Made by a program: the position numbers and the translations under genes
In this document: positions 11,168-19,178 of the stretch, in pieces
Numbering within the stretch: the first letter of the stretch is position 1
Layout: each line of letters begins with the position of its first letter
DNA from: Sedimentisphaera cyanobacteriorum
GTDB lineage: Bacteria; Planctomycetota; Phycisphaerae; Sedimentisphaerales; Sedimentisphaeraceae
Assembly (NCBI RefSeq): GCF_001997385.1
Contig: NZ_CP019633.1
Coordinates: 2,700,001 to 2,732,000, forward strand
Reading direction: 5' to 3'
Length of the DNA stretch: 32,000 nt
The notes under the pieces: generated by a model
Told to the model about the DNA's origin: nothing
The model's database searches: none
The model's input: the letters and a program-made list of their open reading frames with translations, nothing else

Positions 11168-11270
11168 TTAAGGAAATGTATTTGCGAACCTTTTAATCAG
11201 TTTGCAATATTTCAGCCTTTATGTAAAATCCTCCTTAATTGTTCAATTCTTTGGTTTACACGGAAAGCTT

Positions 11271-11951
11271 ATGGAGAAAAGGGCACCTTTAACGAGAATA
11301 CAGAATCTTATAGGCCAGCGAATGCTGCATTCAAAACGCACTATCCCCTCGCATTACATCAATAAAACCGTGCGCACAAATGCTCTGAATCGCTTCCGGC
11401 GTGATTATGCAAAGTCCTCAGGGGTGCGGATTTCAACGAATGATATTTTCTTTGCTGCTGCTGCCCGAGCTGCCGAGGCTTTCCCGTTTATGCTCTCACG
11501 AGTAGAGGGCGAAAAAATCAGAATTGCCGATACGATAGACATAAGCTTTGCTGTTGCAAGCAGGTCGGGAATTTTGTTTGTGCCTGTTATACGGGCTGTT
11601 GAACTGCTTTCCCTTGCCCAGATTGCTGAGATCAGTGAAGACCTGACCCGCCGTGGTCGTGAGGATAAACTCTCGCCTGAGGAAATGAATAATGCATCAA
11701 TTGCCCTTAGCAGTCTCGGGATGTATGGGATTAATTCTTTCGTCGCAATCCCGCCAGCCGATTCCAACGCGATTATCTCTGTGGGAAGGCCTGAGTCTGA
11801 GCTGGTGCTGAAGGAAGGCAAGCCGATTGGCGAGAAAAGGATGAATTTCTGCCTTTCTGTAAACGCAAAAACAGTTTCGCCGTTTTATGCGGCAAAATAT
11901 CTCGCAAAATTCTCTGAATTTTTAGAAAATCCCGTAAAACTCGCTGACTAG
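11271..11951 (+). CDS. Stand-alone 2-oxoacid dehydrogenase E2-type acyltransferase catalytic-domain protein (catalytic His absent)
   Basis: I prefer the ATG at 11271 (GGAAAG upstream) to the listed TTG at 11202. It matches the E2 catalytic core (PLTRIQNLIGQRM, TIPSHY, SSLGMYGINSFVAIPPADSNAIISVG). The canonical LSxDHRxxDG site reads LSVNAKTVSP. There is no lipoyl domain and no subunit-binding domain. Confidence 0.7.
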   Translation: MEKRAPLTRIQNLIGQRMLHSKRTIPSHYINKTVRTNALNRFRRDYAKSSGVRISTNDIFFAAAARAAEAFPFMLSRVEGEKIRIADTIDISFAVASRSGILFVPVIRAVELLSLAQIAEISEDLTRRGREDKLSPEEMNNASIALSSLGMYGINSFVAIPPADSNAIISVGRPESELVLKEGKPIGEKRMNFCLSVNAKTVSPFYAAKYLAKFSEFLENPVKLAD

Positions 11952-12068
11952 CCTGCTCTATGCTGCCCGCCGGGCAAATAGTAATTGCACAAACAACACT
12001 CATTTTCGTATTAAATCCTCGGAAAAAGTTTAGAGTATCGATATGACAAAACAAAAAGGGGTACAGCT

Positions 12069-13136
12069 ATGGATTTTTTAAAAACATTTATGAAAGACTT
12101 CTGGGATATTCTCGGCGAGATGTCGCCGTTTCTTATTCTCGGTTTTTTTATAGCGGGTTTAGTATCTGTATTTCTCTCTGCTTCCTTTGTTAGGCAGCAT
12201 TTAGGCGGGGGAAGTTTGCCGGCAGTTTTTAAGGCTTCTCTTTTCGGAGTGCCTCTGCCGCTGTGTTCGTGCGGGGTTATGCCGGTAACGCTTTCGCTAA
12301 AGGAGGCCGGAGCGGGCAAGGGCTCTGCAGTTTCATTCCTTATATCTACTCCGCAGACAGGTATAGACAGCGTAGCGGTTACATATTCTCTCTTAGGCCC
12401 TGTATTTGCAATAGTTAGGCCGATTGCAGCCTTCCTTTCCGGCATCTTTGGCGGAATGGCGGTTAGCGTATTCGATAAGGAGCTTGCAACTTCTGCCGAC
12501 CAGCAGCCCGAAAATCTGAAAAAACAAAGCGAAAATGAAAACACTGAAACCTACCGTCAGCAGCTCAAAAGGCTCGGAGCCGGAGGCGTGCTTAAGGAGA
12601 CGTTCTCTTTCGGCTTCCTGCATCTGCCCCTGAAAACGGGGCGGGCTATGCTTATAGGACTGATAATAGCCGCTCTGATTACAGTTTTGGTGCCTGATGA
12701 TTTCTTTATTGAGCAGATTCAGCCCGGTTTCTGGACGTTGGCTTTGATGGTTGTATTGGGGATACCCATTTACGTATGCTCCTCGGCGTCCGTGCCGATT
12801 GCTGCGGCTCTGATAATGAAAGGGCTTTCTCCAGGGGCAGCTCTGGTATTTTTGATGACAGGCCCCGCGACAAACGCTGCATCTTATGCAGTTTTGTGGA
12901 AGCATTTCGGAGGCCGGTGCGCTCTGCTGTATTTTGGCTCAGTTGTGGTATGTGCGCTCGGTGCAGGCATTATTTTAGACTACTTCACCTTTGAGGTGGG
13001 GATGAATGTTGCCGAGGCGGCTATGTCTATGCCGCCCGCATGGCTGAGGAATTCATCAGCGGTAATCCTGATGGCAGTCCTGCTTGTAGGGACGCTGAGG
13101 GATTTAGCTAACAGCATCAAAAGCAGGCAGGCATAA
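12069..13136 (+). CDS. Polytopic membrane permease with CxC motif (DUF318 / ArsP-type permease family-like)
   Basis: 355-aa hydrophobic protein with two homologous halves separated by a hydrophilic loop (QQPENLKKQSENENTE). It has the family-typical motifs GVPLPLCSCGVMP and STPQTGIDS, and YVCSSASVPIAAAL in the second half. The substrate cannot be inferred. Confidence 0.7.
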   Translation: MDFLKTFMKDFWDILGEMSPFLILGFFIAGLVSVFLSASFVRQHLGGGSLPAVFKASLFGVPLPLCSCGVMPVTLSLKEAGAGKGSAVSFLISTPQTGIDSVAVTYSLLGPVFAIVRPIAAFLSGIFGGMAVSVFDKELATSADQQPENLKKQSENENTETYRQQLKRLGAGGVLKETFSFGFLHLPLKTGRAMLIGLIIAALITVLVPDDFFIEQIQPGFWTLALMVVLGIPIYVCSSASVPIAAALIMKGLSPGAALVFLMTGPATNAASYAVLWKHFGGRCALLYFGSVVVCALGAGIILDYFTFEVGMNVAEAAMSMPPAWLRNSSAVILMAVLLVGTLRDLANSIKSRQA

Positions 13137-13238
13137 GCGGCCGTTGACTGTTAGACCGGCCTGCTTAAAAGCCATTTCTGTGCAGGATTACTCGAGGATT
13201 TACAGGCTCAAAATTATTTTTAAGCTTGCAGCAATGCA

Positions 13239-14891
13239 TTAAAATTTTCTTGATCTCTCGAGCGTGTCGGCCAGCTTTGCTATTACATCCTCGGTTTGGG
13301 GTTCTGAAAGTTCCAAAATGTCCTTCAGGGCATCGCCGATGTGCGGGAGGTATGTTTTTATATAGCTGCGTTTTGCGAGCTCCTGTTTGATTTTTTTCTG
13401 CCGCCTTAGGTAAACCCCCAGCTTTCTGCCGCATTCCTGAACAGCGAGCTTAATCTCCTTGATTATCTCGGGATAATGGGCAATCGCCTCCTTGCTCTCG
13501 CTTGTAAAAGGCACCCATACCGAAGCCACATGAACCATAAGAATCAGCGGACCCGCGGGAAGAGCCCCTTTGCTCTGGCTCAGGGCGTAGTTTCGCCAGT
13601 TAATATCCAGCACTGCCTTGTGAATCGCACCGGCAGACTGCTGATACAGCAGGGGCACTCGGTTTGCGATTCGCTTTAGCTGCATAAGCTGCTTTGTGTC
13701 GTCATCTCTGTTTTCTTTATCGCTGCCGTTCTGGAATCCGTAAGCAAGAGCCGCTTCCACAAGGAAAGGATTTCCCCTGTACACGCTGGGTCTGCGGGTG
13801 CAGGTTGCGTAGAAATCCGCCTCCACAACGCGCCTTATGCCCTCTTCGAGACGTTCTTCTCCAATCGGACCGATACAGCTGGTAGAGGGCGCCATAATCT
13901 TTGTCTCATTTACCACTTTATGCAGCTGGTCTATCTCAGGAAGGCTCGCTTTCGAGGGCTTGAGCGAAAGGCTGAGACCTGCATCTTTGGTTATCTTTTT
14001 GGCAAGATTAACGCTTACACGCGAGAATTCCTTATTCAAAAATTCAGGCAGTTTTTTTGTTTTGCTGTCCTGCGCCATCTGATAAAGCATACCAACTTCC
14101 ACTCCGTAAGGGTGGGGCTTTATCTCGATCGGGATAAAAGGCATCTCGCTGCTCTGCCTCTGGTATTCGTAATGTTCGCCGTCGGGGGAGTCATAGGTTA
14201 TTATTGCGTGCGGGTTGGCCATTGCCGTCTGCACGATATACTCATCCACAGACTGCTTGCCTTTGTTGTATCTCCCCTCAAGGATAATCGTAACCGCTGT
14301 GCCCGTGGAATGGGGGAAGTCTTCTTCCTGCCCCTCCTCCACAATCACAGGCCTGTTTTTGGCCGTGTCGATCTTCAGCTTGCAGTAGTAGCCGTGGTGC
14401 TTCGAACTCGTTCTCGATACCACCTCCACAGGCTCGCCGGTTGTGATAAGCCCGTACATGCCAGCCGCGCTTATCCCGATCCCCTGCTGACCGCGGCTCA
14501 TCTTGAGCGAGTGGAATTTACTGCCGTAGAGAAGGCGGGCAAAGATATTCGGAACCTGCCTTTTCACAATACCCGGGCCGTTATCACGTATTACAACCTG
14601 ATATTTGTTTTCGGTAATCTGCTTGATGGATATATAAATCTCAGGCAGGATATGCGCCTCTTCGCAAGCATCCAAAGCGTTGTCAACGGCCTCCTTGATT
14701 GTAGTAAGCAACGCCTTTTTGGGGTTGTCAAACCCGAGAAGATGGCGGTTCTTTGCAAAAAATTCACTTATGCTTATATCCCGCTGCTTGCCGGCCATTG
14801 TTTCGGCTGTTGCACCGGTTTTTTTCTTCCCTGACGCTGAATTTCTGTTTTTTGGCTGATCTAAAAGTGTATTAGATGTTTTATCGGTCAT
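13239..14891 (-). CDS. top6B: DNA topoisomerase VI subunit B (GHKL ATPase)
   Basis: It has ISISEFFAKNRHLLGFDNP and Bergerat-fold boxes in order: EAVDNALDA (N box), DNGPGI (G1), GQQGIGIS (G2). A long transducer region follows. At 550 aa it is the typical Top6B size, with a Lys/Ser-rich extension of about 31 aa before Met32. Confidence 0.88.
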   Translation of the reverse strand: MTDKTSNTLLDQPKNRNSASGKKKTGATAETMAGKQRDISISEFFAKNRHLLGFDNPKKALLTTIKEAVDNALDACEEAHILPEIYISIKQITENKYQVVIRDNGPGIVKRQVPNIFARLLYGSKFHSLKMSRGQQGIGISAAGMYGLITTGEPVEVVSRTSSKHHGYYCKLKIDTAKNRPVIVEEGQEEDFPHSTGTAVTIILEGRYNKGKQSVDEYIVQTAMANPHAIITYDSPDGEHYEYQRQSSEMPFIPIEIKPHPYGVEVGMLYQMAQDSKTKKLPEFLNKEFSRVSVNLAKKITKDAGLSLSLKPSKASLPEIDQLHKVVNETKIMAPSTSCIGPIGEERLEEGIRRVVEADFYATCTRRPSVYRGNPFLVEAALAYGFQNGSDKENRDDDTKQLMQLKRIANRVPLLYQQSAGAIHKAVLDINWRNYALSQSKGALPAGPLILMVHVASVWVPFTSESKEAIAHYPEIIKEIKLAVQECGRKLGVYLRRQKKIKQELAKRSYIKTYLPHIGDALKDILELSEPQTEDVIAKLADTLERSRKF

Positions 14892-15182
14892 CCCTGAATT
14901 CCTAAGAAAAACATTTCCTACTTAATCCTAAATTCTGTTAGCGGAATTATACTCATTTTCGCCCGCTTTTACAGACCATTTTAATTGTTTCTGCTCAAAC
15001 ATTGAGCGTTCAATAAATATCACCCGCCAATTGCGTTATGGACAATTTTGCAGACGTAAAAGGATTCATTTGCCATACGGCAGGTCTATAAAGAAAAGCG
15101 GGTCTTTAAGGCTTGTAGAAATTATTTTGCTTCTGTGTTAAAATTATAAATTCATTTTTAGAAAACTGGAAAACTGCAATAT

Positions 15183-17006
15183 ATGGCAAAAGACAAAAAA
15201 TATGACTGCATAATAATCGGCGGCGGGCATGCCGGAATCGAGGCGGCAGCCGTCTGCGCAAATATGGGAGCTTCTACCCTTCTTGTAACGATTCGTTTGG
15301 ATTCAATAGGAGAGATGAGCTGCAACCCTTCAATAGGCGGCATCGGCAAGGGACAGCTTACCCGAGAGATAGACGCCCTTGGCGGGGTGATGGCTTTAGC
15401 AATAGACATCGCGGGGATACAGTTCCGTCTTTTGAACCGCTCCAAAGGACCTGCTGTGCAGTCCCCAAGGGCTCAGGCAGACAAAAACGCATATAAAAAG
15501 TTCACGCAGGAATATCTCTCTTCGCTGGATAATCTCGATATAGCAGAAGGCAATGCCGCAGAGATTCTAACCGAAAACGCAACCGCCTCCGGCATTCGCA
15601 CCGCAGACGGCCGCATTTTCAGGGGTAAGGCGGTAATAGTTACAGCAGGAACCTTCCTTCGAGGCCTAATGCACATAGGTGAAGAACGCATCCCTGGCGG
15701 AAGGCGCGGCGAAGAACCGGCCAACGAGCTCAGCGACAGTCTCCGCAGTCTCGGGCTGAAAATCGAGCGGCTCAAAACAGGCACTCCCGTTCGCCTCGAC
15801 GCCTCAACAATAGACTACAGCAAAACAGAGCGGCAAAACGGCGATGAAAATCCAAGGCCGTTTTCGTTTATGAACGACCGCATAGAGCAAAAGCAGATCT
15901 GCTGCTGGATAACCTACACCAATCCGGAAGTGCACGAGCTGCTTCGGGAAAATATGGAACGTGCCCCGCTGTATTCAGGCCAGATAAATTCCACCGGCCC
16001 GCGCTACTGCCCGAGCATAGAAACCAAGATTATGCGTTTCCCTGATAAGCAGAATCATCAGATATTCATCGAGCCGGAAACAGCCGATGAGCTTACGATG
16101 TATCCGAACGGGATAAGCACTTCTGTGCCCAGAGATGTGCAGGAGAGTATGCTAAGGCTCATTCCGGGTTTTGAGAATGCAAAGGTAGTTCATTACGGAT
16201 ATGCAATAGAATACGACTACTGCCCTGCAACTCAGCTCAAAATCACCTTCGAAACTAAGAACCTCTCATGGCTTTATCTTGCAGGTCAGGTATGCGGGAC
16301 ATCCGGCTACGAGGAGGCCGCTGCTCAGGGGCTTTATGCAGGCGTTAATGCCGTCAGGAAGCTGCGGGGCGAGGAGCCCTTTATAATAAGGCGGGACCAG
16401 GCCTATATCGGGGTGATGGTGGACGACCTTCTCACAAAACACATCACCGAGCCCTACAGGATGTTCACCTCCCGAGCTGAATATCGGCTTACCCTGCGTG
16501 CAGACAATGCAGACCGCCGGCTTACGCCCTTAGCACGAGATGCAGGGCTTATCAGCGAGCAGAGATGGCAGAGGTATCAGAAAAAGACTGCTGAGATTCA
16601 GGCTGTTGAGAAGTATCTAAAAACCGCAAGGTCAGCTGGCCGTTCCCTTTGGCAGCAGCTTCAGCAGCCCGATAATCCGCTAAGGCAAAACCTCAAGACC
16701 GATGAAGTGATAGCGAGTATGGATCCCTCGCTGGAGGTTTTGGAGGCGGTGATGATTGATGCCAAATACGAAGGATACCTCAGCAGGCAGGAGAAGCTCG
16801 TGAAGGGGCTGAGCAATCTTGAGAAGGTTCGTTTGCCTTCGGATATTGATTATTTCAGCGTTCCCCACCTTCGAAGCGAAGCGAAGGAAAGGCTCACGGA
16901 AATAAAACCCCACAATCTCGGACAGGCAAGCAGAATAGGCGGAATCACGCCGGCTGACATAACAGTTTTGCAGGTGTATATGAAGGCCTCAGGAAAAATC
17001 GCTTGA
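15183..17006 (+). CDS. mnmG: tRNA uridine 5-carboxymethylaminomethyl modification enzyme MnmG (GidA)
   Basis: The N-terminus has the FAD-binding motif DCIIIGGGHAGIEAA, followed by MSCNPSIGGIGKGQL, TGPRYCPSIE, GQVCGTSGYEEAAAQG and FTSRAEYRL. It is 607 aa. Confidence 0.97.
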   Translation: MAKDKKYDCIIIGGGHAGIEAAAVCANMGASTLLVTIRLDSIGEMSCNPSIGGIGKGQLTREIDALGGVMALAIDIAGIQFRLLNRSKGPAVQSPRAQADKNAYKKFTQEYLSSLDNLDIAEGNAAEILTENATASGIRTADGRIFRGKAVIVTAGTFLRGLMHIGEERIPGGRRGEEPANELSDSLRSLGLKIERLKTGTPVRLDASTIDYSKTERQNGDENPRPFSFMNDRIEQKQICCWITYTNPEVHELLRENMERAPLYSGQINSTGPRYCPSIETKIMRFPDKQNHQIFIEPETADELTMYPNGISTSVPRDVQESMLRLIPGFENAKVVHYGYAIEYDYCPATQLKITFETKNLSWLYLAGQVCGTSGYEEAAAQGLYAGVNAVRKLRGEEPFIIRRDQAYIGVMVDDLLTKHITEPYRMFTSRAEYRLTLRADNADRRLTPLARDAGLISEQRWQRYQKKTAEIQAVEKYLKTARSAGRSLWQQLQQPDNPLRQNLKTDEVIASMDPSLEVLEAVMIDAKYEGYLSRQEKLVKGLSNLEKVRLPSDIDYFSVPHLRSEAKERLTEIKPHNLGQASRIGGITPADITVLQVYMKASGKIA

Positions 17007-17036
17007 TAATAGAGCTGTCGAAAGGAGCAAAGAAGT

Positions 17037-17789
17037 ATGCTAAGAGAAAAAGCAGAAATATTTATTGAACGGCTCGAAAAGGCCGGCAAAGCAGTAGTGC
17101 TTACAGGAGCAGGTGTTTCAACGAGTTCTGGCATCCCGGATTTTCGTTCGAAAAACGGGCTCTATTCCAAGATCTCTGAAGATACCTTCGATCTTGACAA
17201 CTTTCTCGCCAAGCCTTTGGAGTATTACAAAACCGCCCTAGAATATATACACCCTCTTGCAGATGCCGAGCCGAACGCTGCCCATAAAATGCTTGCAGAG
17301 CTTGAGAGCAGGGGGCTTATTGAGGCCGTGATAACGCAGAACATAGACAATCTCCATCAGAAGGCCGGCTCGAAGAATGTAGTCGAGTTCCATGGTAATA
17401 TAAAGAGCTTCTTCTGTACCGGCTGCGCAAAGCAGTACACCCGGAATGAGGTAGAGGAGTTTTTGCTGGAAGGCAAGCTGCCTGAATGCAGAGAATGCGG
17501 CAGGATGATACGTCCGGGCGTGGTGTTCTTCGGCGATCCAATCCCCGAGAAAGCCCTCACTTATTCATACCGCCTTGCCTCTGAGTGCGGGGCTTTTGCT
17601 GCGATCGGCTCTTCGCTCTGTGTTATGCCTGCATCCAACCTGCCGCTAATTGCTATGCAGGGCGGGGCGGATGTGTTTGTGATAAACCGTGAGCAGGTGT
17701 ATCCCGATAATATGACCGAATACAATTTCACTGTAGATATATCAGAATTTTCCGAAGCCGTACTGGAGGTTCTCGGCCAATCGAGCTGA
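17037..17789 (+). CDS. cobB: NAD-dependent protein deacylase (canonical Sir2/CobB-type sirtuin)
   Basis: It has GAGVSTSSGIPDFRS, QNIDNLHQKAG, the catalytic EFHG and the Zn ribbon CTGC...CRECG. It is 250 aa and starts 30 nt after mnmG. Confidence 0.9.
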   Translation: MLREKAEIFIERLEKAGKAVVLTGAGVSTSSGIPDFRSKNGLYSKISEDTFDLDNFLAKPLEYYKTALEYIHPLADAEPNAAHKMLAELESRGLIEAVITQNIDNLHQKAGSKNVVEFHGNIKSFFCTGCAKQYTRNEVEEFLLEGKLPECRECGRMIRPGVVFFGDPIPEKALTYSYRLASECGAFAAIGSSLCVMPASNLPLIAMQGGADVFVINREQVYPDNMTEYNFTVDISEFSEAVLEVLGQSS

Positions 17790-18968
17790 TTATTCGCCCT
17801 GAAGCCAGCTTTCGCAGAAAAACGCAAGATCGGATAAGCTCAGCAGGCCGTCGAAGTTCCCGTCGCATGGCAGCGGCAGGGCAGTTTGGCTCTGCTGGTT
17901 TATCGGGAAGTATTGCGCAAGTATAGAGAAGTCTATCGCGTCCACGATCCCGTCTTTGTTGTAATCCTCGAATATCCCCGAATGATAGAGCTCCGCGCCC
18001 TGCTGGGCAATGCGCCAAATCTCGCTTTCACCGTTTTCGCTTTCTCCGAGCATATCCCAGCCTGAATAGCTTTCCGCACTTGCGAGCTGAGATTCTTCGA
18101 GCATAAAGGTGTTCTGGGGGATCGTATTTTGCGATTCGCCCGTATAGCTTTGGCAGCCTGCCGATTCGCTCCACCTGCAGCCTTCTATAGAAGCATCTTT
18201 AGCCTTGCCGGTTATGCTGCCGAATTTATCTGCATGTGCAGAGCTTAGAAAGCTTCCGTTGAAGAATGAATTTTCAATTCTCGAAGAGCAGTAACCGCAA
18301 ATCCCGCCCACGTAATCCGGGTTGTCTGAAAGATCGATAACCGCCTTGCTCAGGCAGTCTGAAAAATAAGCCTGCGAGGTGGAGTAGCCGGCGAGACCGC
18401 CGATATACTGTTTTGCGCCTGTGAGGTTCCCGTTGCTGCTGCTGCGTAAAATCCCGCCTTCATTAGAGCCTGTTATAAACCCGGTGTATATCGTTTGAGA
18501 TGAGAGGCTCAAGTCTGCATTCACAGAACAACCCGTAATCATACCTTTGTTTCTGCCTGCCACCAGCCCTGCGTAACCGGTTGTACCAGAAGTGTTTAAG
18601 CTGCCGCTTACTTTCAAGTTATGAACTTCGCCCCCATCTTCGATAAAGCCGAAAAGCCCGCAGTAGTATTGGTTTTCTGCTGATATGTTCACCCCTCTTA
18701 TACTGCGGCCTTTCCCGAAGAATCTGCCTGTGAACGCCTCGCCTGTGAAAGAGGGGTCTTCAGGCGTTGAGTCGGGAGCTATTATTGCAGGCTCGCTTTC
18801 GGAGAGGTATAAATCAGTGCCGAGCACATAGCAGGCAGAGAGGTCAGCGTTTACATCGCTAAGCTCTTGCTCATTAGAGATGATATAAGGGTCTTCCAGC
18901 GTGCCGCTTCCGGCTTGAAAACCGAAAGCAACTCCAGCTGCGCAAACAATCAGGACAACGTATTTCAT
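17790..18968 (-). CDS. Secreted GLUG-motif repeat protein with C-terminal dockerin-like repeats
   Basis: I prefer the ATG at 18968 (AAGGAG 7 nt upstream, MKYVVLIVCAAGVAFG signal peptide) to the listed start at 18995. About six G-[GL]-x-x-G repeats are visible (GLFGFIEDGG, AGLVAGRNKG, TGFITGSNEG, IGGLAGYSTS, VGGICGYCSS, FGSITGKAKD). The C-terminus has Ca-binding-like DYNKDGIVDAIDFSIL and DGNFDGLLSLSDLAFF. Confidence 0.7.
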   Translation of the reverse strand: MKYVVLIVCAAGVAFGFQAGSGTLEDPYIISNEQELSDVNADLSACYVLGTDLYLSESEPAIIAPDSTPEDPSFTGEAFTGRFFGKGRSIRGVNISAENQYYCGLFGFIEDGGEVHNLKVSGSLNTSGTTGYAGLVAGRNKGMITGCSVNADLSLSSQTIYTGFITGSNEGGILRSSSNGNLTGAKQYIGGLAGYSTSQAYFSDCLSKAVIDLSDNPDYVGGICGYCSSRIENSFFNGSFLSSAHADKFGSITGKAKDASIEGCRWSESAGCQSYTGESQNTIPQNTFMLEESQLASAESYSGWDMLGESENGESEIWRIAQQGAELYHSGIFEDYNKDGIVDAIDFSILAQYFPINQQSQTALPLPCDGNFDGLLSLSDLAFFCESWLQGE

Positions 18969-19007
18969 ATAAACTCCTTTAGCTAAAACAAACACGAATC
19001 AGCAATC

Positions 19008-19035
19008 AGTGTATCAGGATTTATCTGAAATTCAA
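19008..19035 (-). promoter_or_regulatory. sigma70-like promoter candidate for the GLUG-protein gene
   Basis: On the - strand: TTGAAT (19035-19030), a 16-nt spacer, then TACACT (19013-19008). It ends about 40 nt upstream of the ATG at 18968. Confidence 0.25.
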
Positions 19036-19073
19036 CTGCTTTCTGTCCCTTTTTTACTTGGCGAGCAATAATA

Positions 19074-19121
19074 TTTTTTGGCAAAGCATTGCAGAATGGT
19101 GATTTGCATTTTGCCAAAAAA
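19074..19121. repeat. Perfect 12-bp inverted repeat TTTTTTGGCAAA-N24-TTTGCCAAAAAA
   Basis: The arms at 19074-19085 and 19110-19121 are exact reverse complements. The repeat lies between the regulator gene end (19179) and the GLUG-gene promoter region. It has no terminator-like U tract in the relevant orientation. Confidence 0.5.
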
Positions 19122-19178
19122 ATTGCCTCACACCGGGTGAAGCTTTCTTATCTAAAGCTCGGCCGGAAAGCGAAGCAG

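Noticed and set aside
11202-11270. TTG start at 11202 for the E2-like gene
   Set aside because: It adds 23 hydrophobic, non-homologous residues (MQYFSLYVKSSLIVQFFGLHGKL) and has no RBS. The ATG at 11271 has GGAAAG upstream and coincides with the start of homology to E2 catalytic domains.
13135-13166. 9-bp bulged hairpin (aagcggccg / cggcctgctt) between the convergent permease and top6B genes as a terminator
   Set aside because: No U tract follows the stem on either strand. It may still act as an RNA 3'-end stabiliser, but I cannot support a terminator call.
13920-14834. 304-aa ORF antisense to top6B, plus similar antisense ORFs at 12011-12544, 12393-12905, 5367-5996 and 25157-25597
   Set aside because: For 13920-14834 the phase relationship is the same as for the rpoC shadow ORF. 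All of these ORFs are fully contained in, or overlap, a strongly supported gene and have no recognisable motifs.
14892-15182. The AT-rich 291-bp spacer next to mnmG (gidA) as a replication origin
   Set aside because: I found no cluster of DnaA boxes. The best match, TTATGGACA at about 15037, has two mismatches to TTATCCACA and is single. No dnaA or dnaN gene is nearby. A 9-bp inverted pair (CCCGCTTTT and AAAAGCGGG) about 130 bp apart is within chance expectation.
17037-17789. SIR2-domain protein as a possible anti-phage NADase (Thoeris, DSR or pAgo-associated type)
   Set aside because: It is a compact 250-aa canonical sirtuin with GAGVSTSSGIPDFRS, QNIDNLH, the catalytic His and a CxxC...CxxC zinc ribbon. 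It lies directly downstream of mnmG. It has no partner sensor or effector gene and no extra domains.
19078-19095. sigma54-like TGGCA-N-TTGCA element within the 19074-19121 inverted repeat
   Set aside because: The GG-to-GC spacing is 11 nt rather than the strictly required 12. On the + strand it would drive transcription antisense into the regulator gene. No enhancer-binding protein gene is present.
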